From contig CAOJZZ010000003.1 of NCBI GenBank assembly GCA_948466315.1, forward strand, positions 1 through 62,896: a stretch of DNA of 62,896 bases, written 5' to 3'. Below, piece after piece: positions 51,058 to 61,922 of this stretch. The stretch comes from an uncultured Mycoplasmatota bacterium (GTDB taxonomy: Bacteria > Bacillota_I > Bacilli_A > RF39 > UBA660). How positions within the stretch are numbered: position 1 is the first letter of the stretch; every line of letters begins with the position of its first letter. The translations under genes and the position numbers were made by a program. The notes under the pieces were generated by a model, which made no database searches, had not been told where the DNA came from, and saw nothing but the letters and a program-made list of their open reading frames with translations.

Positions 51058-52014
51058 TCATACCACCTCTTCGTGAGTATTTTTATACTCAAATAACACC
51101 TTATCTAAATCATTCATCAAAAACATTGCCTCTTCAAAAGATTTAAGTCTAGCACCAGAAGCATATTTATGACCTCCACCATTATACGCCTCAGCTACTT
51201 GATTGATAGCAGGTCCTCTAGAGCGTATAGAAACTCTAATTAACTCATTCTTAACATCTTCCGTAATAGTAGCCCATACCAACACTCCCTGAATAAAGTT
51301 AAAATTATTAATCATATTACCAGCTGATGCACTATCCGCTCCAAATTCACGGATAACCTCATCACTAATTTTTACATAGCCTAAACCATTATCTGTAACA
51401 ACCATATTCAAAGCAATATATCCTTCCAGCCTAACTTCATTAATAGGCCTTAAATATAATTTCTGATATAAATTACCAATATCGAGTGCATAATCTCTTA
51501 TAAAACTAGAAACCAAAGAAAAAGTTTCTGCAGTACAACTATTAAATAAAAACCTATTAGAATCAGAAGCAAGCCCCATAAATAAAAGTCCTGCAATATC
51601 CTGATTACATTTCAATTGAGTACTTAAAATAAGTTTCATAATAATCTCACAAGCAGAACTTGCCTCATCATCTATATACTCTAAATCACAAAACTTTTCC
51701 ACAAAAGGATGATGATCAATTTTTATTGAATAAGAAAACTGAGAAAAATCAACAGAATCAACTCTTTTCTTATCTGGCGTATCAGTAACAATTAATAAAG
51801 CATCACTTACATTCTCTACTTTATCAAGTTTACCAAATGAAATAAATTTTATACTTCCAGAGCCAATTGCAAAAACTTTCTTATCTGGAAAAGTAAGTCG
51901 TATAGAATCTCTTAAAGCAAGTTGACTAGACAAAGCATCTGGATCAACTCCTATATGTCTAGCAATAACAATAGTATCATATTGTAAAATTTTAGTTATT
52001 ATTTCAGTAAACAT
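51058..52014 (-). CDS. nrnA: DHH family oligoribonuclease/pAp phosphatase
   Basis: HIGVDPDA, IDHHP, SIRSRG, GGGHKYASG. Confidence 0.93.
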   Translation of the reverse strand: MFTEIITKILQYDTIVIARHIGVDPDALSSQLALRDSIRLTFPDKKVFAIGSGSIKFISFGKLDKVENVSDALLIVTDTPDKKRVDSVDFSQFSYSIKIDHHPFVEKFCDLEYIDDEASSACEIIMKLILSTQLKCNQDIAGLLFMGLASDSNRFLFNSCTAETFSLVSSFIRDYALDIGNLYQKLYLRPINEVRLEGYIALNMVVTDNGLGYVKISDEVIREFGADSASAGNMINNFNFIQGVLVWATITEDVKNELIRVSIRSRGPAINQVAEAYNGGGHKYASGARLKSFEEAMFLMNDLDKVLFEYKNTHEEVV

Positions 52015-52024
52015 TTATCATTTC

Positions 52025-53206
52025 CTATCCACCAATTAACCGCAAAGTATCTCTAGCAATCATTAATTCTTCATCTGTTGGAACTACATATACAGAAATT
52101 AAAGAGTCATCTGTACTAATCTTAGTAACCTCACCACGCTTGTTATTAAGATCCAAATCTATCTTAATTCCTAAGCAAGCAAGCTTCTCACACACTTCTC
52201 TTCTAAATGGTGCACTATTTTCACCTACTCCAGCAGTAAAACATATAGCATCAACACCACCTAAAAGAACATAATATTGTGCAATATAATCAACAACACG
52301 ACGAACATACTTTACTTTAGCAAGTAAACATCTCTCATTTTGTTTCTCACATTCCTCAAGTATATCTCTCATATCATTACTATAACTACTCATCCCAAGA
52401 AGTCCGCTCTTTTTATTTAAATCATCAACAACCTCACTAGCATTTTTACCTTCTTTCTCCATTACATAAGGAATAATAGAAGGATCAATATCCCCAGAAC
52501 GTGTTCCCATCATAATTCCAGAAAGAGGAGTAAATCCCATAGTTGTATCTACACATTTACCATCTTTAATAGCCGTTATAGAACCACCATTACCAATATG
52601 ACAACTAATTAATCGAAAATTATCTTTACCCAAAATACCTTTCATAACTTCAGTAATATATCTATGACTAGTACCATGAAAACCATACTTACGTACACCA
52701 TAATCACTATACCATGAATAAGGAACTGGATACATATAAGCCTCTTCATTCATTGTCTGATGAAAAGCAGTATCAAACACTCCAACCATTTTAACAGAAG
52801 GTAACACTTTTCTAAAAGCTTCTATTCCTAAAATATTAGCTGGATTATGTAATGGAGCAAACTCCCTAAAATTATCTAAATCATGAATAACTTCATCTGT
52901 AATTACAACTGATTCCTTATATTTATCTTTACCATGTACTAAACGATGTCCAACACCATCAATTTCATTCAAAGATCTAATAATACGTAATTCAACTAAT
53001 TTATCTAATAAAATCTCAACAGCATCTGTATGAGTATCTAAATTAACCTCACACTGAAGCTTTTCGCCATTATATTTAATAGAGTATTTACCACCCTCTA
53101 TACCAATTCGTTCAAATACACCACTAGCAATAACACTCTCATTTCTCATATCAAAAAGACTAAATTTTAAAGAGCTACTACCAGCATTAATAGAAATTAT
53201 TTTCAT
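52025..53206 (-). CDS. ackA: Acetate kinase (copy 1)
   Basis: INAGSSSLK, GHRLVHG, APLHNP, FDTAFH, YGFHGTSH, TDEELMIA. Confidence 0.96.
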   Translation of the reverse strand: MKIISINAGSSSLKFSLFDMRNESVIASGVFERIGIEGGKYSIKYNGEKLQCEVNLDTHTDAVEILLDKLVELRIIRSLNEIDGVGHRLVHGKDKYKESVVITDEVIHDLDNFREFAPLHNPANILGIEAFRKVLPSVKMVGVFDTAFHQTMNEEAYMYPVPYSWYSDYGVRKYGFHGTSHRYITEVMKGILGKDNFRLISCHIGNGGSITAIKDGKCVDTTMGFTPLSGIMMGTRSGDIDPSIIPYVMEKEGKNASEVVDDLNKKSGLLGMSSYSNDMRDILEECEKQNERCLLAKVKYVRRVVDYIAQYYVLLGGVDAICFTAGVGENSAPFRREVCEKLACLGIKIDLDLNNKRGEVTKISTDDSLISVYVVPTDEELMIARDTLRLIGG

Positions 53207-53494
53207 TCATATCCCTCTTTCTAATAACCTAATAGTATTATACTACAATTCAAAAGAATAAAACAAGGTCTATTAAATCTATATATCATTTAAAACTTCT
53301 CACAACAAACAACAAAATCAACTCTATATTAATAATCATAACTCATTAATTATAGAAATAAATATAATTAAAATTTAAATAATTCTTCCAATAATATAAC
53401 TATAATCTAAAAATAATTCTTATAATATCTTATTTCAATAACAATTATTAGTTACTAAAATATATAAAAAATAGTACTACATAATAAAAAGGAC

Positions 53495-54688
53495 TTAACG
53501 CCCTTCACAAATCCTATAAGTATCTCTAGCAATCATTAACTCCTCATCAGTTGCTACAACATATGCAGGAATAGCAGATTCATCAGTAGTTATAATACCC
53601 TCAACACCTTTACGTACAATAGTTCTTTTATTTCTCTCATCATCTAATATAATACCAAGTGGATAGAGTTTTTTAATTATCTCTTTACGAATAATATCAT
53701 CATTTTCACCACCACCTGCTGTAAAGCAAATAGCATCTATCATTCCACCTAATTTTACGTAATATTTCGCAATATAATCAACAATTCTATTTACATACAT
53801 CTCTATAGCAAGCATTGCCTTTGATTCATTAGCTTCATACGCACGATCAACATCACGTAAATCACTCATTCCAGCAATTCCCTCTAAACCACTAGAATTA
53901 TTTAATTCATCATCTAATAATTCTAAATACTTTCCTTCTTTTTGAGCAATATATTTTAAAATAGAATAATCAATATCCCCAGAACGTGTTCCCATCATAA
54001 CACCTGCATTAGGAGTAAATCCCATAGAAGTATCAATTGATTTGCCACCTTTAACAGCCGTTATAGAAACACCACTCCCAATATGACAAATAATTAAGTT
54101 AGGTCTTTTACCAAGAATATCTGTCATTTTTTCTGTAATAAACTTATGACTAAGCCCATGAAAACCATATTTACGAACATGATGTTTCACATACCATTCA
54201 TAAGGCACAGAATACAAATAAGTTGCCTCATCCATTGTCTGATGAAAAGCCGTATCAAAACAAGCTACCATTCTAGCATTTGGAATATTCTCTAAAAATG
54301 AGTAAATTCCTTTCAATGCTGCAGGATTATGTAAAGGAGCCAAAGGAGACATCGCATCTATCTCTGTCAACACCCTTCTTGTAATTTCTACACTTTTAGA
54401 ATATTTATTCCCACCATGAACAACTCTATGACCAACGGCCTCAATTTCAGATAAAGAATTTACAATTCCTCTTTCTATAAATAATTGAAGTAAAATTTTT
54501 ACAGCCACATCATGATCTTTTAATGGTATCAAAGAACTAATTTTCTCATTACCAATACGAATACTATATCCCGAATCATCCAAACCAATACGCTCAAATG
54601 CACCTTTAACAATAAGAGTTTCTTCTGGCATCTCATACAATCTAAACTTCAATGTACTACTACCAGCATTAACAGATAACAATTTCAT
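53495..54688 (-). CDS. ackA: Acetate/short-chain acyl kinase (copy 2)
   Basis: VNAGSSTLK, GHRVVHGG, APLHNP, YGFHGLSH, TDEELMIA. Confidence 0.93.
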   Translation of the reverse strand: MKLLSVNAGSSTLKFRLYEMPEETLIVKGAFERIGLDDSGYSIRIGNEKISSLIPLKDHDVAVKILLQLFIERGIVNSLSEIEAVGHRVVHGGNKYSKSVEITRRVLTEIDAMSPLAPLHNPAALKGIYSFLENIPNARMVACFDTAFHQTMDEATYLYSVPYEWYVKHHVRKYGFHGLSHKFITEKMTDILGKRPNLIICHIGSGVSITAVKGGKSIDTSMGFTPNAGVMMGTRSGDIDYSILKYIAQKEGKYLELLDDELNNSSGLEGIAGMSDLRDVDRAYEANESKAMLAIEMYVNRIVDYIAKYYVKLGGMIDAICFTAGGGENDDIIRKEIIKKLYPLGIILDDERNKRTIVRKGVEGIITTDESAIPAYVVATDEELMIARDTYRICEGR

Positions 54689-54930
54689 ATAAATATCTCT
54701 CCCTTTTTATATTCTATAACCTATATTATACACTAATAAGAACAAAATTCAAAACAAATTTTAAATACTTTATAAACAAATAATTTTTTGCTTCCTAAAT
54801 ATAAACTTTAACTCACACATACTTCAATCACAATAAAATATTTTTTACTGCTACTGATTTTCAACTAGCAAAATAATAATTATTACATTATAATTAACTT
54901 AGTATATTTAAAAATAGAAGGTGAATAAAA

Positions 54931-55806
54931 TTGGACATAAAAGAAATAGAAATTTTAAGAAAAAGGGCTATGAATACTGTGTTAATCACATTTTTAACAA
55001 CCATTATACTTACACTTATAATTTTTTCAATATTTTCCACTTTACCATCAGTTATCACTTTAAGTATTGGATTACAGCTGGTAGCAGTCATTATTGAAAA
55101 CTCAAGAAAAAAATTCGATAGAGAATTTAAAACTACTTTTGTTATTCCTAATCTTAAAACTATACTTAGTGATTTAATTTATGAACCCGAAAAAGGAATA
55201 GAAGAATCAATAATAAGAGAAACTGGAATAATGAATAAAAATTCTCGCTACTCATCTAATGATTTTATTTCTGGCAAATATAAAAATAAAAAGGTAATTA
55301 AAGCAGATTTTTTAATAGAAGAGAAAAAAAGAACATATAATAGCGAATATGGCTATAGTAAACAATGGTTACCTACTTTACATGGATAATGGTTAATCTT
55401 TGATTTTAAGAGAAATTTCAAAAGTACTATAATAATATATCAAAATTTTTTTACAAATTCAGAGTTAAATTATCCTAACAATCAGTATAAAAATATAAAA
55501 ACAAAAGATGAAGAATTTGATAAAAATTTTATTATATATGCTCAAAATGAAAATGAGGCACTATTCACTATAACACCTGAATTAATAAAAAAAATAAAAA
55601 AAAATACATAAAAAAAATATGGAGCCATGATATTTTATTTTAGCAATGATAAATTACACATAGGTATCCACAATGCTACAGATTCTTTAGAATGGGATAT
55701 ATTCACTAAAATTAATAAAAAGAAAGTGGAAAAAAGCATCTCAAAAGATACACAACTTATTAAAACTATTATGGATGAATTAATAATAGATAAAAATTAT
55801 AAATAA
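54931..55806 (+). pseudogene. DUF3137-like membrane protein pseudogene
   Basis: In-frame TAA at 55387-55389; coding-like sequence continues (WLIFDFKRNF...EEFDKNFIIYAQ...ITPELI), shifts frame in an A-tract and ends DKLHIGI...IDKNYK*. Confidence 0.7.
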
Positions 55807-55816
55807 AGTTCTAACA

Positions 55817-55845
55817 AAAAGATAGGTAATCATCACCTATCTTTT
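55817..55845. terminator. Bidirectional terminator downstream of the SASP gene
   Basis: AAAAGATAGGT/ACCTATCTTTT perfect 11-bp stem. Confidence 0.8.
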
Positions 55846-55854
55846 AAGCTATAC

Positions 55855-56076
55855 TTATTTATTTGTATTGTTATAGCTTCCGCTAACTTGGTTTAATCCA
55901 TTTTGTACTAAACGTCTTGTAATTTCACCACCAACTGTACCGTTTGCACGGCTAGTAGCATCTGGTCCTAAATTTACACCGAACTCATTAGCTATTTCAT
56001 ATTTCATTTTATCAATAGCTTGTTTAGCACCTGGAACTCTCATCTTCATTGAAGAATTGTTATTTGAGTTACTCAT
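55855..56076 (-). CDS. Alpha/beta-type small acid-soluble spore protein
   Basis: [36 protein letters not shown]. Confidence 0.97.
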   Translation of the reverse strand: MSNSNNNSSMKMRVPGAKQAIDKMKYEIANEFGVNLGPDATSRANGTVGGEITRRLVQNGLNQVSGSYNNTNK

Positions 56077-56099
56077 TTATTTCACCTCCTGTACATTAC

Positions 56100-56128
56100 T
56101 AGAATGTGAAATAATTCTTTTCTTATAC
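56100..56128 (-). promoter_or_regulatory. sigG-type promoter of the SASP gene
   Basis: GTATA-17-CATTCTA matches the forespore sigG consensus. Confidence 0.8.
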
Positions 56129-56146
56129 ATAATTTTTTTTGGTAAT

Positions 56147-57331
56147 TTATAGCAATTCACTAAACTCAGAATTATCATTATCAATTATCTTTATAGTATT
56201 AATAGAAGTTACTGCTTCATTAATCATTTTCTTATAATCAAACTTCTCTTCCTCAACACTAGCAACCTCTATTTTAGGATTAATAACAGGATGCTTTGGT
56301 ACAAATACAGTACAACAATCTTCATATGGTAAAATACTAGTTTCATAAGTAGAAATTTTTTTGGCTAAAGAAATAATTTCCAACTTATCTAAACAAGCAA
56401 CAGGTCGAATGACTGGAACTGAAGTAACTTCATTAATAACAGCCATACTAGTTAACGTTTGACTAGCAACCTGTCCAATTGATTCACCATTAATAATAAC
56501 ATAACCATTATTGATTTTTACTAATTTTTCCATAATACGATACATCATACGACGCATAATAGTAATACAGTAGTCACTACGACAATTTTTATAAATTGCC
56601 TCTTGAATAGGTGTAAAATCAACTACATGCAAATTAATATGACTACAATATACTGCTAATTTTTTACTAAGTTCTATAACTTTTTCCCTAGCTTCCAAAC
56701 TAGTATGTGGTATTGCTTCAAAATAAACAGCATCAACCAAAACTCCACGCTTCATAGCTAAATATCCAGCAACAGGAGAATCAATACCACCAGATAACAT
56801 AAGCATTCCCCTAGGTTGACTACCAACAGGATATCCACCAAGACCTTTATAACTATTAAGATAAATATAACTTTTATTTTCTCTAACTTCTACATTTAAA
56901 AATATATCTGGAGAATGAACATCCACCTTAACATTATCCATATTTTTTAAAACTAAACTGCCCAAAACATGATTAAGTTCTTGACTATGAATTGGAAAAG
57001 ATTTATCACTTCTTTTAGAAATTACTTTAAAAGTTTTAAAATCTTCTAAATTTAAAAGTTCTAAAACTCCACTTTTTATCTTTTCAATATTAGTATCAAC
57101 AATCAATGCTATATGATACATATGTATACCAAAAATTTTATCAATAATTTTTTTTATTTGTTCCAAATCTTCATCTAAAAATTCAATATACATTCTAGCT
57201 CGATCTTTAAAAATTTTTACTGAATATTTAGATAATTTTTCTTTTACATTATTATATAAAGTATTTATAAAAAAATTACGATTACCCTTTTTAGTACTAA
57301 GTTCCCCATACTTAATTAATATAACTCGCAA
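56147..57331 (-). CDS. thiI: tRNA 4-thiouridine synthase
   Basis: KYGELSTKKGNR, THUMP domain, LSGGIDSPVA, GESIGQVASQT, EDCC. Confidence 0.96.
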   Translation of the reverse strand: MRVILIKYGELSTKKGNRNFFINTLYNNVKEKLSKYSVKIFKDRARMYIEFLDEDLEQIKKIIDKIFGIHMYHIALIVDTNIEKIKSGVLELLNLEDFKTFKVISKRSDKSFPIHSQELNHVLGSLVLKNMDNVKVDVHSPDIFLNVEVRENKSYIYLNSYKGLGGYPVGSQPRGMLMLSGGIDSPVAGYLAMKRGVLVDAVYFEAIPHTSLEAREKVIELSKKLAVYCSHINLHVVDFTPIQEAIYKNCRSDYCITIMRRMMYRIMEKLVKINNGYVIINGESIGQVASQTLTSMAVINEVTSVPVIRPVACLDKLEIISLAKKISTYETSILPYEDCCTVFVPKHPVINPKIEVASVEEEKFDYKKMINEAVTSINTIKIIDNDNSEFSELL

Positions 57332-57475
57332 AAATTCATCACCACCAGGCGTATTTTATCATATAAAAATAAAAAAGTATAGTTATCACAACAGGTAACT
57401 ATACCAAGAAAAATGAATTTTAACTAATTTTTTTATATATTATAAGCCAAAACTTAATTAATAAAACTAAAATCT

Positions 57476-59194
57476 CTAGTTATCATAAATACTCAACAAT
57501 TTTTTATAAATATTCTCATCAACTATTGAAGTAGCCTTAATAGAAACATCTAAAGAATCTTTATAATCACCCTTATAAAATTTAGCCTCAGCATCACTTA
57601 ATCCCCGATCAACTTCTGCATAATAAGCACGATATCTATTACCATAAACAATAGACATTTCAGCTAACTGAGCTGTTTTAATCATTTCATTAGTAGTATT
57701 ATAAAGTTTTAATACTAAATCTCTTGCTGTATCAACTCTTGTATTTAAAGTCTTTATAACAATTGGTTTTTTCTCTAATTCATTAATCACCTCAATAATA
57801 GCTTCATTCGCCTCTGATAACTGAACAAAATAATTATCAGTAATAACAGGAAGTTTATAACTACGCATTCTATTCTTACACTGTTTTAAAAACTCTTGTA
57901 TCTCATCAAGCTGCTCTCTTGCCCTTACCTCATCATCATACATATTACCAAGAGATTTTAAAGCCTTATCAAAATCATCTTCCATTCTCTTTAAACGCAT
58001 GGTCAAATCTTCTATCTCTTCACTTAATAAAGAATAAGGAGAAGAAGAGGCCTCAACTTTAGCCAACATTTTTTTATAATCATCATTAATAACAACGAGT
58101 ATTTTATTAACTTCATGAATAATCGAAATATCCTCATCACTCAAATCATACATACTTTTAATATCATCAAGTTGCTCATAAACATCATTAACTAATTCAT
58201 TAGTTTTTTCAATCTTTTTTTGAAAATCTTTCTCAATCTCTTCATAAACTTTACGGGACAATCTCTCTTTCTCAAAATCGAAAAACAAAGAATCATAGTA
58301 TTCCAACATAACTTTTAAATCAAACATACACCCTTCAAGATTTAACACTTGAACCTTATCTAATATTGTCTCTATATTTTTCTTAGATTCTTCTAAATTA
58401 TACTCAATATTTAAATACTCTAAAGGATAATCGTGTTCAATCATATCATTATAAGTAAGTTCAACCTCCCTCATACGATTTGGAATAACTTGCTTTGCCA
58501 TAAGCAAAACATCAGGAACTTCTTTAACTATAATACTCATATGTTCAATCATAGCATCAAGTGCCTTAACAATATGAACAACTTCACTATACTCATTAGC
58601 TTCCATGACCTTTTCAAAGTCTAAAAAACGCTTCTCAATATTCTCAAGTTGCATTTCAACAGCATCCTGCATATCATCATATAACTGTTTATGATCATGA
58701 AATTCCTTATTAAGCTCACGATACTTTGTTTTAAGTTTAATAACTATTGCCCTATACTTCTCTTCACTCAAAGTAATGTCTTTTATTTCTTCAAGCAAAT
58801 GGTTAGCAGCTTCTCTAACCTTATAAATCTCTATCTCAATCTTTGCTATTCTATAATTACAAGATTTATAATCTCTTCGTTCAACATACATATCCAAATC
58901 TAGTAACATATCATCAATAAGAGCCAATTTATTTTCTTTCAAATAAGTAAAACGATCTTGCCACTTATTATATTTCTCTTCCATTTTATCGTTTTTTATA
59001 ATAGGTTCAACCTTAGAAAGCTCAAGTAAAACTGGTGTACTAGCAACCAAATTTCTTTGTACTTCCAAATCTTTAACACGATTACGATAATATTTACGTC
59101 TACATCTTCTAATAACAAAAAGGATAACAAGGACAATAATAATTGCCAAAATGACTATAGAACCAATAACTAAAAATTGCTCATGCATATCCAC
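57476..59194 (-). CDS. ezrA: Septation ring formation regulator
   Basis: N-terminal TM, long coiled coil, YGNRYR QNR-patch; synteny with thiI and rpsD. Confidence 0.92.
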   Translation of the reverse strand: MDMHEQFLVIGSIVILAIIIVLVILFVIRRCRRKYYRNRVKDLEVQRNLVASTPVLLELSKVEPIIKNDKMEEKYNKWQDRFTYLKENKLALIDDMLLDLDMYVERRDYKSCNYRIAKIEIEIYKVREAANHLLEEIKDITLSEEKYRAIVIKLKTKYRELNKEFHDHKQLYDDMQDAVEMQLENIEKRFLDFEKVMEANEYSEVVHIVKALDAMIEHMSIIVKEVPDVLLMAKQVIPNRMREVELTYNDMIEHDYPLEYLNIEYNLEESKKNIETILDKVQVLNLEGCMFDLKVMLEYYDSLFFDFEKERLSRKVYEEIEKDFQKKIEKTNELVNDVYEQLDDIKSMYDLSDEDISIIHEVNKILVVINDDYKKMLAKVEASSSPYSLLSEEIEDLTMRLKRMEDDFDKALKSLGNMYDDEVRAREQLDEIQEFLKQCKNRMRSYKLPVITDNYFVQLSEANEAIIEVINELEKKPIVIKTLNTRVDTARDLVLKLYNTTNEMIKTAQLAEMSIVYGNRYRAYYAEVDRGLSDAEAKFYKGDYKDSLDVSIKATSIVDENIYKKLLSIYDN

Positions 59195-59296
59195 ACCTCT
59201 ATTATATATCTACACATATTCTACCACAAATTTGAAACGTTTTTCTACTATTTTAAATAATTTAACTACTATTTTAAATTAAGACTTTCTAAAACC

Positions 59297-59325
59297 TTGA
59301 CATACCAACAAATTTACCATATAAT
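59297..59325 (+). promoter_or_regulatory. Consensus sigA promoter of rpsD
   Basis: TTGACA-17-TATAAT, followed by a ~150-nt leader. Confidence 0.85.
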
Positions 59326-59477
59326 AAAAACTGCAAATTCCTTGAAACAGCAGATTTAGAGTATTTTAATGTGTTTTATAAAAAATTAGTAACTATTGCT
59401 GTTTATGTGAAAACATTAAAAACTCCCTAAAATACGACTAAATCATTTTCAAAGATTTGTAAAAGAAGGGAGAAAAT

Positions 59478-60080
59478 ATGTCAAGATATACTGGAGCAAG
59501 TTATAAAAAAGCTCGTCGTGTAGGATTTTCTATTAGCGAAACTGGAAAAGAATTAGCTCGTCGTCCTTATGGCCCTGGGCAACATGGACAAGATCGCAAA
59601 GGAAAATTATCAAATTATGGAATCCAACTAAAAGAAAAACAAAAACTACGTTTCATGTATGGTTTAAATGAAAGACAATTCAAAAAAACCTTTAATGAAG
59701 CACAAAAAATGAAAGGTATTCATGGTACTAATTTCTTAAAATTATTAGAATCTAGATTAGATAATTTAGTTTATCGTATAGGTTTTTCAACAACTCGCCG
59801 TGGAGCAAGACAACTTGTAAACCATGGTCATGTAACAGTAAATGGTAAAAAAGTAGATATTCCATCTTATCGTGTAAAAGTTGGAGATGTAATTTCATTA
59901 AAAGAAGACGATAAAAACTTAAAAATAGTTACAGAATCACTTTCAAAAACAACAAAACGTGTAGATTTTATAACCTATGATGAAAACAAAATGGAAGGTA
60001 CTTTCGTAAGACTTCCTGAAAGAAATGAATTAAATGCTGACATCAATGAAGCATTAATAGTTGAATTCTATAACAAATAA
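59478..60080 (+). CDS. rpsD: 30S ribosomal protein S4
   Basis: [33 protein letters not shown]. Confidence 0.99.
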   Translation: MSRYTGASYKKARRVGFSISETGKELARRPYGPGQHGQDRKGKLSNYGIQLKEKQKLRFMYGLNERQFKKTFNEAQKMKGIHGTNFLKLLESRLDNLVYRIGFSTTRRGARQLVNHGHVTVNGKKVDIPSYRVKVGDVISLKEDDKNLKIVTESLSKTTKRVDFITYDENKMEGTFVRLPERNELNADINEALIVEFYNK

Positions 60081-60107
60081 AAGAGCACCTAGCTCTTTTA
60101 TTTTTTT
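60079..60107 (+). terminator. rpsD terminator
   Basis: AAAAGAGC/GCTCTTTT stem plus T tract. Confidence 0.8.
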
Positions 60108-60110
60108 GAT

Positions 60111-60159
60111 GAACTACCCCACAGTCAAGCAGCGGGAAATTAAACCATAAGAGATTAAA
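60111..60159 (+). repeat. Dispersed 49-bp element copy 2
   Basis: gaactacccc...aattaaaccataagagattaaa; matches 49081-49129. Confidence 0.55.
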
Positions 60160-60689
60160 TTCTATAATAAATGATAAAGAACTATTCACTCAATTATTTA
60201 TAAGAATAGAAGATAATTTTTTGATTAAAGACAAAACTAAACACACAATTCTTTATAATATCCAAAATACACTAATAAATTATTATGAAGAAAAAACAAC
60301 CAAATTAATCCAAGAAAACAAATTAACTCCTGATCAACTAAAACAATCAATTGCCAATTTTGAAGCTACATTAATTACACCAGAAAAACTAAAAATCACA
60401 GCAACAAATACAGAAAATTACCTTGATATAAATCAAAATATAAAAAAATTCAATAAAATAAAAACTAAACCTATATCAAATAAATAACAACAATCACAAA
60501 TAAATAGATACTTCTAACAATACTATTAGTCTACACTCAACTTCTATTTAACTATTTAAACTAATTCAAAATTTCTATTAACAATTACATATTAACTAAA
60601 ATAAGAGTATGTAAATAAATCTACTTTATTTACAAATTATCAGTGTATAGATTAACTAACCCAATGTATTTATTAAATATATTTTATAA

Positions 60690-61922
60690 CTACTCATAAA
60701 TACCTATATAATATTTTTTCTTACCACGACGTATAACAAGATATTTTGAAGCCAAGCAATCACTTTTAGCAATAATAAAATCTAACTCATCAATTTTTTT
60801 ACCATTCAAAGTAATAGAACCATTACCAATAAATTCCCTTGCCTCCCTCTTACTAGAGCAAACGCCTGTTACTACCAATAAATCAACCAAAGACATATCA
60901 CTAGAAATATTAAAAGGTTCCAATCCTTTAAAAGCCATCTGTATTTCCTTCTCTGTAAAAGACTGAATATCTCCACTAAACAAAGATTCACTAATTTTCA
61001 CAGCTTCTTCATAAGATTTACTACCATGTAAATCTGTTATAATTTCTCTAGCTAAAGTCTTATGTGCCTCTCTTAAATGAGGATTTTCCTTATTTCTACT
61101 TTCCAAATCTTCTATTTCTTCTTTTGTTAAAAAAGTAAAAATCTTCAAATAATCAATTACCATGCTATCATCAACATTTATCAAATATTGATATAACTCA
61201 TAACTAGAAGTCTTGCTCTCATCTAACCATAAAGCATTACCCTCACTCTTACCAAACTTATGTCCATATTTATCTACAACTAATGGAGTTGTAAAAGCAT
61301 AAGCATCCTTTCCTAATTTCTTTTTAATAAGATCTAACCCTGTCGTAATATTCCCCCACTGATCAGAACCTTCAACTTGCATAATACAATTTTTATTCTT
61401 ATATAACCATAAAAAATCATATCCTTGTATTAATGTATAAGAAAATTCAGCAAAAGTAATTCCTGTATCTAATCTTCTTCTAATGATATCCTTATCCAAT
61501 AAATAATTAACATTTATATACTTACCAACATCACGTAAAAAATCTGTCAATTCATATCCTCTAAACCAATCATAATTATTTACAACTTCAGCCTTACCAT
61601 CTAAAATTTTAGCAATTTGTACACTAATACCCTCCAAATTTTTACTTAATTGCTCTTTAGAAATAATTTCACGCTCCGAAGTAGGCCTAGGATCACCTAT
61701 AAGACCAGTAGCCCCTCCACAAAGTAAAATAGGATGATGTCCTACCTTAGCTAACCTTTTAGCTGTTACCAAAGAACCATAATGTCCTAAATGTAAACTA
61801 TCAGCTGTAGGATCTGTTCCCCAATAAAATGTAATATGCTCATTATTCAACTTATCAGCAATATCATCACCAGCAACATCCTTAATAACCCCTCTCCATT
61901 GTAATTCCTCAAAAAATGTCAT
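60690..61922 (-). CDS. tyrS: Tyrosine--tRNA ligase
   Basis: GTDPTADSLHLGH, GSDQWGN, KFGKS, S4 domain ending RRGKKKY. Confidence 0.98.
   Translation of the reverse strand: MTFFEELQWRGVIKDVAGDDIADKLNNEHITFYWGTDPTADSLHLGHYGSLVTAKRLAKVGHHPILLCGGATGLIGDPRPTSEREIISKEQLSKNLEGISVQIAKILDGKAEVVNNYDWFRGYELTDFLRDVGKYINVNYLLDKDIIRRRLDTGITFAEFSYTLIQGYDFLWLYKNKNCIMQVEGSDQWGNITTGLDLIKKKLGKDAYAFTTPLVVDKYGHKFGKSEGNALWLDESKTSSYELYQYLINVDDSMVIDYLKIFTFLTKEEIEDLESRNKENPHLREAHKTLAREIITDLHGSKSYEEAVKISESLFSGDIQSFTEKEIQMAFKGLEPFNISSDMSLVDLLVVTGVCSSKREAREFIGNGSITLNGKKIDELDFIIAKSDCLASKYLVIRRGKKKYYIGIYE

Noticed and set aside
2166-58903. Short antisense or alternate-frame ORFs in the track (e.g. 2166, 2912, 5662, 7578, 8974, 9522, 17186, 21161, 21231, 21846, 23437, 24372, 24982, 25290, 25390, 26526, 27518, 30193, 30898, 33994, 34990, 35373, 35527, 35678, 39974, 40524, 43343, 43562, 43844, 44975, 46362, 54894, 58433, 58691)
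   Set aside because: They overlap well-supported genes or promoters, lack RBSs or motifs, and have the hydrophobic I/F/S bias of shadow frames.
60221-60487. 88-aa ORF between rpsD and tyrS
   Set aside because: K/N/I/T-biased with no RBS or motif; may be a decayed remnant and is not supportable as a gene.
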